DNA of 64,000 nucleotides from a virus (Duplodnaviria; Caudoviricetes), in the IMG/VR virus record IMGVR_UViG_3300020473_000025, positions 1 to 64,000 of that record; one strand, written 5' to 3'. Positions 49,751 to 59,451 of this stretch are shown in pieces. A program made the translations under genes and the position numbers. Position 1 is the stretch's first letter. Every line of letters starts with the position of its first letter. Below the pieces are notes generated by a model. The model was not told the DNA's origin and searched no databases. It saw nothing but the letters and a program-made list of their open reading frames with translations.

Positions 49751-50452
49751 ATGGCCGATAATAACTTTCGCCGTCCACCTCGCAAGAAGAATGTGTTGGA
49801 CGAGACAAAACTACGCCTTAGCGCTGATCCCGTATCTGGCTCTAAGCGTCGCCCTTCTCTTGCGTTTAGTGTGGTAAAGAACAACCCACGCATTGACATC
49901 TATACCAATGTAGAGGGTGATAAGAACAACGGTAACATCCGTGCAGCAATGGACGCGCCAGTATTCTTTGCTCTAATTGGATTGGTTGAAAAGGCCATTG
50001 AATCAGAGCCAGGTCAGCGTTTTGTAATTCAAAACAAGAACTATAAATGGTTTGGTCAAGGTAAGAAATCTGATACACCGATCAACCTGAGTGATACCTT
50101 AGTAGGTAAGGATGCTGAAGGTCGTATCTTTATCAGCGTTATTGATAAAGAAGATAATAGCCGTCCTAAGATTAAGTTTATCTTTAGTTCAGGCTACTGG
50201 CATGATTTATTCCATGGTGATGGTTCACCATTTAGCGAAGCGGAAGATAGCGTACTGTGTGCTAAGGCATTTGCTGAAATGCTTAAAGGCCTAGTACCGT
50301 TAGTTATGGCTAACGAATATACTCCACCACCACCTCGCGATCAACAAGGTGGATCTGGTTATGGCGGCGGCAATAAAGGCGGCGGTAATAACTACAACGG
50401 TGGTGGTCAGTCTTCGTCGCCAACCATTGACTTTGATGATGATATCTTTTAA
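49751..50452 (+). CDS. ChmC-like nucleus-associated nucleic-acid-binding protein (phiKZ gp67-like)
   Basis: Directly upstream of the sigma-like subunit; NNPRI core, G/N-rich disordered tail and acidic DFDDDIF end. Confidence 0.7.
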   Translation: MADNNFRRPPRKKNVLDETKLRLSADPVSGSKRRPSLAFSVVKNNPRIDIYTNVEGDKNNGNIRAAMDAPVFFALIGLVEKAIESEPGQRFVIQNKNYKWFGQGKKSDTPINLSDTLVGKDAEGRIFISVIDKEDNSRPKIKFIFSSGYWHDLFHGDGSPFSEAEDSVLCAKAFAEMLKGLVPLVMANEYTPPPPRDQQGGSGYGGGNKGGGNNYNGGGQSSSPTIDFDDDIF

Positions 50453-50470
50453 TCATCACGGTTAATTATT

Positions 50471-50503
50471 TAAAAGGTAGGCGCTGGCCTACCTTTTATG
50501 CCC
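50471..50503 (+). terminator. Hairpin + TATGCCC element
   Basis: TAAAAGGTAGGC-loop-GCCTACCTTTTA TGCCC. Confidence 0.65.
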
Positions 50504-50516
50504 ACCAGTGTATGCC

Positions 50517-50539
50517 AAACAACTTAACACCTACATTAT
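50517..50539 (+). promoter_or_regulatory. Early-type promoter; 23-bp exact repeat of 55340-55362
   Basis: AAACAACTTAACACCTACATTAT. Confidence 0.75.
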
Positions 50540-50578
50540 TTAATCGAACCTTTCCCCTAACGATCAAAAGAGGTATAT

Positions 50579-52141
50579 ATGAAAATCACTATTGCACAGC
50601 GCAAGCCAAACGGAATAGCGTCTGTACTGACTAGCCATGGTGATCGTAGTCATGAGTGGGTGTTAAGCCCGTATGAGCGTACGTCCTTTCAAAACCCTGA
50701 TAACATTTTCAACAATGCCAATGCGTACTTAGAAAAACTAGATAAAGAAACGCAGCATCGCATTTGGTCAATCTATGACGATATCTATTTAGCATTTGAA
50801 GAGATAGAAAACATAGATGTACTTCAAGAAACAGTAACGGAACTTGTAAACCGGTTATACTCATTTATTGACGTAGATGCACTGCGTTTATGGTGTAATC
50901 TCTACGGTGTGTATAACATGCCGCCTGATCTACAAGATACATATAGCGAGGGCTTTACACGAGAGCTTACCTATTTAAGAAGTGACTATAAAGGTCTATT
51001 ATTCTTAACTACTGCATTGCGTTACATGGTGCCTATTTGGGGTGAATACATTAAACGTAATAAGGCAGAGATAGGTACAGCATATAAAGAATACATGGCA
51101 ACAGCGTTAATAGGTCAGTCTGATTTATACGAGACCCCTGAGATTGCACGACTAATCGAATACATCGAAGCACGTATTGGCAATCAAGATACATTGAAAC
51201 CTACTACCATACATGGCGGTCTAGGTAGTGTGCAGCAGACAGATTGGTTATTGTCACGTACGCTATTAGGTCGTATCGCTGTAGCAGAAACGGATAAACC
51301 CGATGGGTCTATCATCTCTACTATCTATAACGTTATTACCAATCTCATTGAAAATATGGATAAGACGTTTGGTTCAGGTGGGATGATATTAGACATAGAT
51401 CGTTATCGACCTAAGCGTGGTGAGGAGCGCGAGGATAATGATTCAGTTGCAGAGAACCTGCAAGTATCGCAGCGTGTATCGGATGTACATCCTATCATAG
51501 CCGAGACCTATGTATCCAAGTACGTGGACATGGCTAAGGAGCTGTCTCCGACAGTACCGATACGACTAGTAAAAGAATGTGTAGTACGGTTAACCAAGGC
51601 GGACGATTTAGACATTGAACCGTTCAGAGTTAACCTGGTGGCGATAATTGCTTCAGAGGCGGTTTCCATACGTTCTCTGCATTCACTACACCACCCGGAG
51701 TTATTGCGACTAATAGGTGTTGCACAGGCTATATTGATCCATCATGGATTTGATGATCTAGCCCATGTGTTAACAGCCCGTTGCCAGCCGCAAGATCCAA
51801 CCATCATTAAGGGTGATGCGTATAGTAACAATACGCGTTCACGACTTACTAAAGACAATGTAGATGCCTTGATGAGACTTTATCCACATTACAAGTTAAA
51901 GACTCGTCCAGGTGAGCGTAAGAAAACAGATTGCGAGGGTGTTGAATTTATAGAGGGATTCAATAAACATACCCAAGCGTATGATTGGTTTTACAATTCA
52001 CCTGACACATTACTACAAAAGTCTACCCCGCCAGCAGTAAATGGCAAACCGTTATTGATCTCTACAGATATTAGAAACCAACTGGCTAGTATGCTTCTAA
52101 CGTTCTTAGATCACACGGCACAGTCTGAGCAGACTGTTTAA
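50579..52141 (+). CDS. nvRNAP promoter-specificity (sigma-like) subunit, phiKZ gp68-like
   Basis: 520 aa; TY...DY..L ... PIWGEY pattern; synteny. Confidence 0.75.
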   Translation: MKITIAQRKPNGIASVLTSHGDRSHEWVLSPYERTSFQNPDNIFNNANAYLEKLDKETQHRIWSIYDDIYLAFEEIENIDVLQETVTELVNRLYSFIDVDALRLWCNLYGVYNMPPDLQDTYSEGFTRELTYLRSDYKGLLFLTTALRYMVPIWGEYIKRNKAEIGTAYKEYMATALIGQSDLYETPEIARLIEYIEARIGNQDTLKPTTIHGGLGSVQQTDWLLSRTLLGRIAVAETDKPDGSIISTIYNVITNLIENMDKTFGSGGMILDIDRYRPKRGEEREDNDSVAENLQVSQRVSDVHPIIAETYVSKYVDMAKELSPTVPIRLVKECVVRLTKADDLDIEPFRVNLVAIIASEAVSIRSLHSLHHPELLRLIGVAQAILIHHGFDDLAHVLTARCQPQDPTIIKGDAYSNNTRSRLTKDNVDALMRLYPHYKLKTRPGERKKTDCEGVEFIEGFNKHTQAYDWFYNSPDTLLQKSTPPAVNGKPLLISTDIRNQLASMLLTFLDHTAQSEQTV

Positions 52142-52183
52142 ACCCCCTTTTAAAAAATAACTACGTAAATAGGAAGTGCGAAA

Positions 52184-53674
52184 ATGCTACAATCTAACAT
52201 GACAGTACAACGTTTGATGTTCTTCGAGATGGGCAGCTACCATGCGTTAGCTCTCCGCCCATACCAAACACACACGGATGCTCAGTCTATAGGTATTTTC
52301 AATGACGTGACTAACGGTGGTACTAACTTAAGTACCAATGCAGTAGCGCAAGGTTGTGATGGTTTAGTAAGACCGTCAGCACAAGCTGCTGGAATGGCAA
52401 ACATAGCAGGAGGGTGGGATGAGCGTCGCTTTGTATTCCTCATGCATGTCTCTTTTGAGAAAATGGGTGTCACTATTTATCAAGTATTATCTGGTTATAC
52501 TGACCGTTTTGATCTTAGCCTAAATGGGACATTGAGTCCTGACATGATGTTGCACTTCAATAACTCTGTTGAAATTAGACAGACTGCTATATTAGGTGCA
52601 AACGGTCGCCAGATGCAAATGTCAGTACGCGATGCGTCACACATCCTTACAGATAGCGTGGGTGGAGTTAATCGAAATGGATATCCAGGAGGCTGGGGTG
52701 CGAGCACACAGAGCTTGAACTATTCATGCAGCATGCGTCCAATGGATATCTTCCATAGAAGTGGAGTTCCTAGCGTACTTCATGAAAGCTCCTATACCAG
52801 CAACGCTGTTGATGGTCGTGTAAGTTTCCTACAAGGACCTAAGAAGAGCCGACGCTCTAACTCATCAGCCCCTGTATATCTAAGTCGTCTGCTAACTGCA
52901 CAGCAAACAGCAGAAAGAAACAGCTTAGACGCAATGGACGATGACCAAACGATCCACAACGCAGCAGCGGGTCAGGTAATTGAGCAAAGCATGATGGATG
53001 ATGGTTTCATCTCAACACTAGATGGTCATAGTCAGATCATGTCAACTGCAGCAATTAGCTACGGTGAGTTATGCTCATTCAACCCTCACGTAGATGACAT
53101 CGCTGAAGTTATTAAACGTAAAGCTGGTGCACCAATGCGCCACGGTCGTGATTCAAACCACTGGAACGGTGCTAACAATGAAACACTTATTGCTACAATC
53201 CTAAGTCATTCAGTACCCGCACTGATGCTGGATCTGATGCTATTAGGTGTAGAGTTTACAGCAACTAACAGTACAATAGATAGTGATTACGCAGTTGCCG
53301 TAACTGGTGCTAACAGCTTTGCTGAAGGCATTGACTTACAACCGTACGTAGCACGTTTCATTGACCGTTTGAAGTTTGAGATACTATCGGATATTTCGCG
53401 CCGTAACCGCATCTCGTTCGGTATCCACATGCGTTGTGACATAGTGGCAGACACAACCATAGATATCACGTTAGACGGCAATACAGAGCGTTTTACGATG
53501 CCTAGTTTCTGTGACGCACTAGCAACACCTGTATTTACCACACAACGTACCGACCTAGATAACGTTGCTAACGACATCATGTCAATTAGTAACAACCTAG
53601 AGACCACGGCAGCAATGCACTACGACCATGGTCAATCACCTATAATAACCCCCTTTGACAATCAAGGAGTATAA
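52184..53674 (+). CDS. PicA/Imp1-like nuclear import factor (phiKZ gp69-like)
   Basis: 496 aa; RPY, I.GGW.E.RF.F, GYTD, FN(N)S, RP.DIF and PSFCD.L..P; lies after the gp68-like gene. Confidence 0.7.
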   Translation: MLQSNMTVQRLMFFEMGSYHALALRPYQTHTDAQSIGIFNDVTNGGTNLSTNAVAQGCDGLVRPSAQAAGMANIAGGWDERRFVFLMHVSFEKMGVTIYQVLSGYTDRFDLSLNGTLSPDMMLHFNNSVEIRQTAILGANGRQMQMSVRDASHILTDSVGGVNRNGYPGGWGASTQSLNYSCSMRPMDIFHRSGVPSVLHESSYTSNAVDGRVSFLQGPKKSRRSNSSAPVYLSRLLTAQQTAERNSLDAMDDDQTIHNAAAGQVIEQSMMDDGFISTLDGHSQIMSTAAISYGELCSFNPHVDDIAEVIKRKAGAPMRHGRDSNHWNGANNETLIATILSHSVPALMLDLMLLGVEFTATNSTIDSDYAVAVTGANSFAEGIDLQPYVARFIDRLKFEILSDISRRNRISFGIHMRCDIVADTTIDITLDGNTERFTMPSFCDALATPVFTTQRTDLDNVANDIMSISNNLETTAAMHYDHGQSPIITPFDNQGV

Positions 53675-53676
53675 CC

Positions 53677-54897
53677 ATGAGCCGCCTGATAAATCTTTAT
53701 AAAACCATACTGACCTCGGCGGGTCTTGAGTCTGATGCGCAAGGACGTATCTATCAAAAGTTAGCAGGGGAATCAATACCCTGTACAGTAGGTGAGAAAT
53801 TGCTTTTGCTGCCAACCAAAGAAGTATTGAAAGATACTGACTGGACAAGCGCTATTGCATTTCACCCACTTAGTGAGAATGTGGCTCGTGGTGAGTCACC
53901 TATTATCAAGAAGCTTAAAGAGCTACTACTTACACGTGCTACTCGTGTATTAGATGGTTTAGCGTTTCAACTGCTATCAATGGCGGCGAATACGCAAACA
54001 CATGAGAAGTTCTCACCGGCACAACTTGAATACCTGACGTACCTTAAAGATGCTGATGGTAAGATGGTAGATGCTTATCGTAAGATGATAGGTTCGGTGA
54101 CCATCGACGGCAAGCACCGTTTGATTAACATGTACCTAAAACGCTCAGGTACACTCAACGACACTAAGTACGCCCGTCTTTGTATTACTAGCTTACCAAT
54201 ACTGGATAAGTCTGATGAGGGTGAGCGAACGCTGTTTGGCCATAAAGTAAGAAAGCGTGACTTTACCTCTATCCCTCAGCTATTTGAATACATCCTACCT
54301 GGTGTTAACGAAAACGCATACAGCTACGGTACGCATAATAAAACGGCACCGTTTTTCCATGCGCTAATGCTAAGTTACCTTAACATCGCTAAACAACTTA
54401 ACCAGCGTGTTGAGATGTTTAAAGAGCATCTAGTAGATGTAGATGACTTACTAATCGATGTAAGCTTTGAAGCTGAAATGGGTTGTCTATCAGACATGCG
54501 TGATGAGATCCCACCACTAGAAGGTAATCAGGGTGATGTTGAAAATAAAGCCCCAGATACTACAGCTAACGTGGCTAAACCTGCTAATGCACCAGCATCA
54601 GCGCCTAAACCAGTAGAACCTAAGCCATCGGCTCCTGCTAAGTCAGGCGGTGCTCGTGAATGGAATACACTATCGGGAAACCGTGGTCATGGTAACGGCT
54701 ACCAACCAGCAAACACTGGATGGAGTAATGCGGCGTATGCGCCACCACCAAGTGGTCGCGCTGCAGCAATGCAGAAACAACGCCAGGTTGCTTACAACAA
54801 CTCACCTTGGAATCAGGGTCAGAATGCTGGATGGGGTAACCCGCAACCACAGAACACAGGTTGGAACCAAGGTGGTTACAACGGTGGTGGTGTTTAA
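53677..54897 (+). CDS. Conserved nucleus-block protein (phiKZ gp70-like) with a low-complexity G/N/Q/W tail
   Basis: L.LPT, FHPLSEN..RGES, AP.FHALM and IP.L.GN.G motifs. Confidence 0.7.
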   Translation: MSRLINLYKTILTSAGLESDAQGRIYQKLAGESIPCTVGEKLLLLPTKEVLKDTDWTSAIAFHPLSENVARGESPIIKKLKELLLTRATRVLDGLAFQLLSMAANTQTHEKFSPAQLEYLTYLKDADGKMVDAYRKMIGSVTIDGKHRLINMYLKRSGTLNDTKYARLCITSLPILDKSDEGERTLFGHKVRKRDFTSIPQLFEYILPGVNENAYSYGTHNKTAPFFHALMLSYLNIAKQLNQRVEMFKEHLVDVDDLLIDVSFEAEMGCLSDMRDEIPPLEGNQGDVENKAPDTTANVAKPANAPASAPKPVEPKPSAPAKSGGAREWNTLSGNRGHGNGYQPANTGWSNAAYAPPPSGRAAAMQKQRQVAYNNSPWNQGQNAGWGNPQPQNTGWNQGGYNGGGV

Positions 54898-54906
54898 ATA
54901 ATAAAG

Positions 54907-54954
54907 ACGGCATAAGTAGAGGGGTCAATCCCTCTACTTGTCTTTTTTTGCCGT
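54907..54954. terminator. Bidirectional hairpin element
   Basis: ACGGCATA AGTAGAGGG-loop-CCCTCTACT TGTCTTTTTTTGCCGT. Confidence 0.7.
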
Positions 54955-54991
54955 CAGGCTGTCGTTTTTTACATAGTAAACAGATAATATG

Positions 54992-55327
54992 TTAAACTCT
55001 ATTAGCTAAATGCATAGACTTTAAACGTTCTATTTCTTCTATAGCAGGCATGATAACCGTGTTCTTGTCTTTATAGTCACTAGGGTGCTCATAGCCGTTT
55101 ACACGTAGCATGATCCAATGATACTTAGTGGCTACATCTAACTCTAACATAAGCCCGTAGAAGTCGGACTCCTGTCTATATACACGGTGTTCGTCAATCA
55201 CGGCAGTTTGGGTCTTTTCATGATTACGTAGATGCTTTAAATGCGTTTCAATCATGATGCGAAAATTAGGGTCGTAGTAAACATCAGCGCCATTAGTTCG
55301 CTGTAGTTCATGAATTTTTAACGTCAT
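54992..55327 (-). CDS. Small conserved protein, LysM / T4 gp53-like baseplate pattern
   Basis: GGAG RBS before ATG 55327; DFYGL......Y.WI.LRVNG..P pattern. Confidence 0.55.
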   Translation of the reverse strand: MTLKIHELQRTNGADVYYDPNFRIMIETHLKHLRNHEKTQTAVIDEHRVYRQESDFYGLMLELDVATKYHWIMLRVNGYEHPSDYKDKNTVIMPAIEEIERLKSMHLANRV

Positions 55328-55339
55328 CGAGCCTCTCCT

Positions 55340-55362
55340 AAACAACTTAACACCTACATTAT
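55340..55362 (+). promoter_or_regulatory. Early-type promoter; 23-bp exact repeat of 50517-50539
   Basis: AAACAACTTAACACCTACATTAT. Confidence 0.75.
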
Positions 55363-55408
55363 CTTAGAGCAACAAATAACATAAGCCCTTTACATAGGAT
55401 AATTAACC

Positions 55409-57469
55409 ATGTCCAATATTAATACATCCGAATTACATCCGGAGTTAATGGGTCTAGGTAATAACTTAGATTCATTTGGTAAACATAACTCAGCCTCTCG
55501 TAGAAAGATGTTCTCATCTCACTTGAGTCAGGCGTTGGTTATTGAGGGTTCGACCCCTAAGCGCATTCAAACAGGTGCTGAGCGTGAGCTTGGTAAATAC
55601 ACCAAAGCTATAAAGATGCCGGTTGATGCATCTATCATTAAAGTCATTCGGCGCTATCCTCGTCGACCCGGTGCTGATTCTATCAAAGAGAATCCAGCCA
55701 CGGCTATTATCTACGAAGATGTCAATACGCAGGAAGTTGATATCTTGATGGTTGAGAATTATTGCTCCGACCATAATACGTTTGGGTTCCAATACTACCC
55801 TACAGCGGCAATGGAGAAAATCTACCCAGGAATGCAGGTTCCTAAGGGTACGGTGCTTGCTAAATCCAAGTCGCTTAAGGATGACGGTAACTATGCTTAT
55901 GGCTTAGAAGCAAACGTTGCCTATATGTCTTTACCAGCTACCATTGAGGATGGTTTTATTATCAGTGAGTCTATGGCGGAAAGACTTACTACTACCATGA
56001 CCGGTTCTCGTGTAGCTAGCTGGGGTAAAGAGTATTACCCGCTTAACTTGTACGGTGATGAAAACAATTACAAGCCATTCCCAGACATCGGTGATAAAAT
56101 ACGTGAAGATGGACTATTGTTCGCTCTGCGTAAATACGATCCAGCGCTTGGGATGGTAGAGATGACGCCTAGGGCGTTGATGACCCCAGACTACACGTAT
56201 GATAAACTAACGTATGTTTCACCTGCTGCAGGTGCGACGGTTTATGACGTCGTGGTTGATATGGATCACAACCTACCCTACAGCATTACACCTGTAGGGA
56301 TGAATGCGCAGCCCGATAAGTACATGCGTCTGCGTGATCAGTTTTACGAATATATTTACAATGAATACCGTCGTCTTGCCAAACATCGTGGTAAGGGTCT
56401 TCAATTGTCAGGTAGATTTACTAACTGGGTAACACAGGCGATTGCTAATAAGCCTAATGCCTCGCCCCACAAGGTTACACGCAAGTATCGTTACACCCCA
56501 CTTGACGATCGTCGCGTAGAAATTAAATATGCGAAGAAAGTAAAAGCCACTAAAGGGTTTAAGCTTACTGATAGTTCAGGAAGTAAGGGCGTTGTAGTAG
56601 AAGTATGGGAGGATAGCCGACTACCTGTAGGTCAAAATGGTCTACGTGCAGATGTTATCATGGATCCTATCTCGCCGGTTAAGCGTATTAACTTGTCTCA
56701 GCTATACGAGCAGTATGTTAATGCAACTAGCCACATGGTGACATGTGTGGTTAGAGATCTGATGAGTAAGGGTGAATACCAGAAAGCATGGGATTATTTG
56801 AAAGAGTACTACAGTGTAGTATCGCCGCCAATGATTCAAACCATCAACGAGGTGCTAAATAACGATAACCGTATAATTACACACTTACACACCATTGCTG
56901 CTACGGGTATTTATCTCTACCTTCCTGTGGATAGTATACACATTGGACCTAAATTAATCCAAGACCTCCGCACTAAGTTTCCAGTAGATATACAGCCGGT
57001 TACTTATTCACCTGATGGTGTTAACCAGGTCACTACAATAGATCCTGTATTAATAGGGTCTAAGTACATGATGTTATTAGAAGCGGCACCAGATAACTGG
57101 TCATCGGTCTCTACCGCTAAACTACAGCATCATGGCTTACCTGCTAAAGCATCTAAGAGCGACCGCTATGGTTCACCTAACCGTGAGCTACCTGTGCGTA
57201 TCATGGGTGAGGATGAAGTTAGACTACTTAATGCTGCCCTAGGATCTGACGTAACTGCCGAACTGTTAGATGCGTCTGCATCGCCGTTAACACAGAAAGC
57301 TATTATCCGTTCGATCCTTAACGCAGACCAACCGTCTAACATTAATCAAACTGTTAACCGTCGCAAACACCCACTGGGTAGAAGTCGACCATTGGAATAT
57401 GTAAACCACCTATTAAGCTGCGCAGGTGTTAAATTTGTAAGAGGGACGTACGATCATGAGAAAGTTTAA
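55409..57469 (+). CDS. nvRNAP beta subunit (phiKZ gp71-73-like), uninterrupted
   Basis: SASR..M..SH..Q, EDGFIISES, FPDIGD.I, G.KL....GSKGVV, AD.IMDP....R.N and R.GE.E motifs. Confidence 0.9.
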   Translation: MSNINTSELHPELMGLGNNLDSFGKHNSASRRKMFSSHLSQALVIEGSTPKRIQTGAERELGKYTKAIKMPVDASIIKVIRRYPRRPGADSIKENPATAIIYEDVNTQEVDILMVENYCSDHNTFGFQYYPTAAMEKIYPGMQVPKGTVLAKSKSLKDDGNYAYGLEANVAYMSLPATIEDGFIISESMAERLTTTMTGSRVASWGKEYYPLNLYGDENNYKPFPDIGDKIREDGLLFALRKYDPALGMVEMTPRALMTPDYTYDKLTYVSPAAGATVYDVVVDMDHNLPYSITPVGMNAQPDKYMRLRDQFYEYIYNEYRRLAKHRGKGLQLSGRFTNWVTQAIANKPNASPHKVTRKYRYTPLDDRRVEIKYAKKVKATKGFKLTDSSGSKGVVVEVWEDSRLPVGQNGLRADVIMDPISPVKRINLSQLYEQYVNATSHMVTCVVRDLMSKGEYQKAWDYLKEYYSVVSPPMIQTINEVLNNDNRIITHLHTIAATGIYLYLPVDSIHIGPKLIQDLRTKFPVDIQPVTYSPDGVNQVTTIDPVLIGSKYMMLLEAAPDNWSSVSTAKLQHHGLPAKASKSDRYGSPNRELPVRIMGEDEVRLLNAALGSDVTAELLDASASPLTQKAIIRSILNADQPSNINQTVNRRKHPLGRSRPLEYVNHLLSCAGVKFVRGTYDHEKV

Positions 57470-59432
57470 TGTAAGAGAATTACAAAAGCTTAACTCTGAA
57501 GAAATGTGGGCAATGGATGATGAGATATTTACTATTATCTTTGATGATGGTGAATTAGTTACCTCTACTCGTCCTACTATTCTAAGTCACTACTACTGGG
57601 AAATGCAGCGTCATTTCCCAAATGCAACTATACTCAAGCGCCATCATATCGGCAACGGTCATTACACCCCTAAGCTTCATGAGGAGATCTTAAGTAATGT
57701 GTTGTTTGATACGTATTATGCGTTAAACGAAGTAGTTGACATCATGCTACTCAGTCGCATTGCTTATGAGATTACTAATAAACTTTACAACGACGCGACC
57801 AGTCAACTAGCTGGGTTTGTATCAACGGTAAGTATTTTAGATTACATTGAGATACATAACCATCCAATAACCGCAAAAGTTAGGGATGAGTTTAAACCCA
57901 ACGAACGGGCCATTGAACGTGGCTATGAACAGATTAAAGATCTACTGTATAAGAAAGAAGAAGAACTACCTAACAACAACGTTGCTGGGTTCTGTCATTC
58001 TAACGTCTTAAGCGTAGGTCAGATTGTTCAGTCGGTCGCAGCCCGTGGATTTGTAACAGATATCGATAGCCATATCCCGCCTAACCCAATCCCAACTAGC
58101 TACACAGAAGGGATGAATACGCTCCATGATTCGATGATTGAATCACGTTCAGGTTCCAAAGCATCGTTAGCACAGAAAGATCCACTGCAGACTACGCAGT
58201 ATTATAACCGCCGCATGCAGTTGGGTTGTGCGATAATACAAAATCTCCATAAAGGGGATTGTGGAACAACACGTACCGTGAAGTTCCGTGTATTGCCACA
58301 AAGTGTCAAGGTGTTAGTAGGTAAATATTACTACGACAATGACAACGAGCTAAAGGTGTTCACGGGCGATGAAGATCATTTGATCGGTGAGACAATTAAA
58401 CTGCGTTCACCGCTTGCGTGTGAGCATCCAGACCCTTACGGCGTATGTAGTAAGTGTATGGGTACGGTGGCCGCATCGGTTCCACCAGGTGCTAATCTAG
58501 GTCACGTGGCGGCTGTAGAGCTATGTGCGGTTATCTCGCAAAGCGTACTCTCTATTAAACACTTAGAGGTAAGCTCCGTTGCGATTGAGATTAGTCTAGA
58601 TGATCACCATCGTCGCTATCTGCGTCTCAATGCTAAAGGCGATAAGGTATTCATTAGAGATCAAGACCGATACGATCGTATGGAGTTGGTGCTTAATCAC
58701 AACGATGTTAAACATATTGGTGATATTAACACAATTGAAGATATTACTGATCTATCATCAAGCCGTATTTCATCGTGTCGTGATATTGTACTTAATGGGT
58801 ATCGTGGGGATGAGTTTGAAGATGTGTTATTGTCTGTGTCGTCAGGTAAGAACTATTCTTCACTATCGGGTGCAATGTTAAACTACTTGAAAGAACATGG
58901 CTGGTCTCTGAACGAGAAAGGGTTCTATGTTTGTGACCTTAGTCATTGGGACTTCAATGAACCTGCGTTTATTCTTCCAATGAAACACATGAACATGTTG
59001 GAGTATATGGATGTCATTAAGACATTTATTGAATCATCAAGTTCGCAGGAAGATAAAAGCGCAAGCATGTCTAGCCGTACAACGAAGAAGCCTAGAGATG
59101 ATAAGCGTAGCCGTATCGTTAATTGCGATTCATTGTCTCAAGCTTTGATGGACTTACATGTGTTGGTGTCTGAAAAGTTGGGTGTTAACGTGGTGCATCT
59201 GGAAATTATCATCCTGTCAATTTTAGCACGCGACCCTGATCGTATGGATCACCGTCTGCCGCGTCCTCAAGATCAAAAGGTCTTTGGAACGTATAAGCAG
59301 AATATGGAACTTAGATCGTTAACAGGCCAGGCTGCATGGATGAACCAGGCACAGATGATGATATCACCAACGTCGTTTGCTCTGACTAATCGACCTAAGC
59401 ATCCAATGGATACGGTGTTCATGGGTAAATAA
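57456..59432 (+). CDS. nvRNAP beta' C-terminal subunit (phiKZ gp74-like)
   Basis: RGF.TD, ESRS, Y..RR, DCGT, LRSP..C......VC.KC.G, SQ..LS.KH and VHLEII motifs. Confidence 0.9.
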   Translation: MRKFNVRELQKLNSEEMWAMDDEIFTIIFDDGELVTSTRPTILSHYYWEMQRHFPNATILKRHHIGNGHYTPKLHEEILSNVLFDTYYALNEVVDIMLLSRIAYEITNKLYNDATSQLAGFVSTVSILDYIEIHNHPITAKVRDEFKPNERAIERGYEQIKDLLYKKEEELPNNNVAGFCHSNVLSVGQIVQSVAARGFVTDIDSHIPPNPIPTSYTEGMNTLHDSMIESRSGSKASLAQKDPLQTTQYYNRRMQLGCAIIQNLHKGDCGTTRTVKFRVLPQSVKVLVGKYYYDNDNELKVFTGDEDHLIGETIKLRSPLACEHPDPYGVCSKCMGTVAASVPPGANLGHVAAVELCAVISQSVLSIKHLEVSSVAIEISLDDHHRRYLRLNAKGDKVFIRDQDRYDRMELVLNHNDVKHIGDINTIEDITDLSSSRISSCRDIVLNGYRGDEFEDVLLSVSSGKNYSSLSGAMLNYLKEHGWSLNEKGFYVCDLSHWDFNEPAFILPMKHMNMLEYMDVIKTFIESSSSQEDKSASMSSRTTKKPRDDKRSRIVNCDSLSQALMDLHVLVSEKLGVNVVHLEIIILSILARDPDRMDHRLPRPQDQKVFGTYKQNMELRSLTGQAAWMNQAQMMISPTSFALTNRPKHPMDTVFMGK

Positions 59433-59451
59433 AACAATAAAGGAGGGCATC

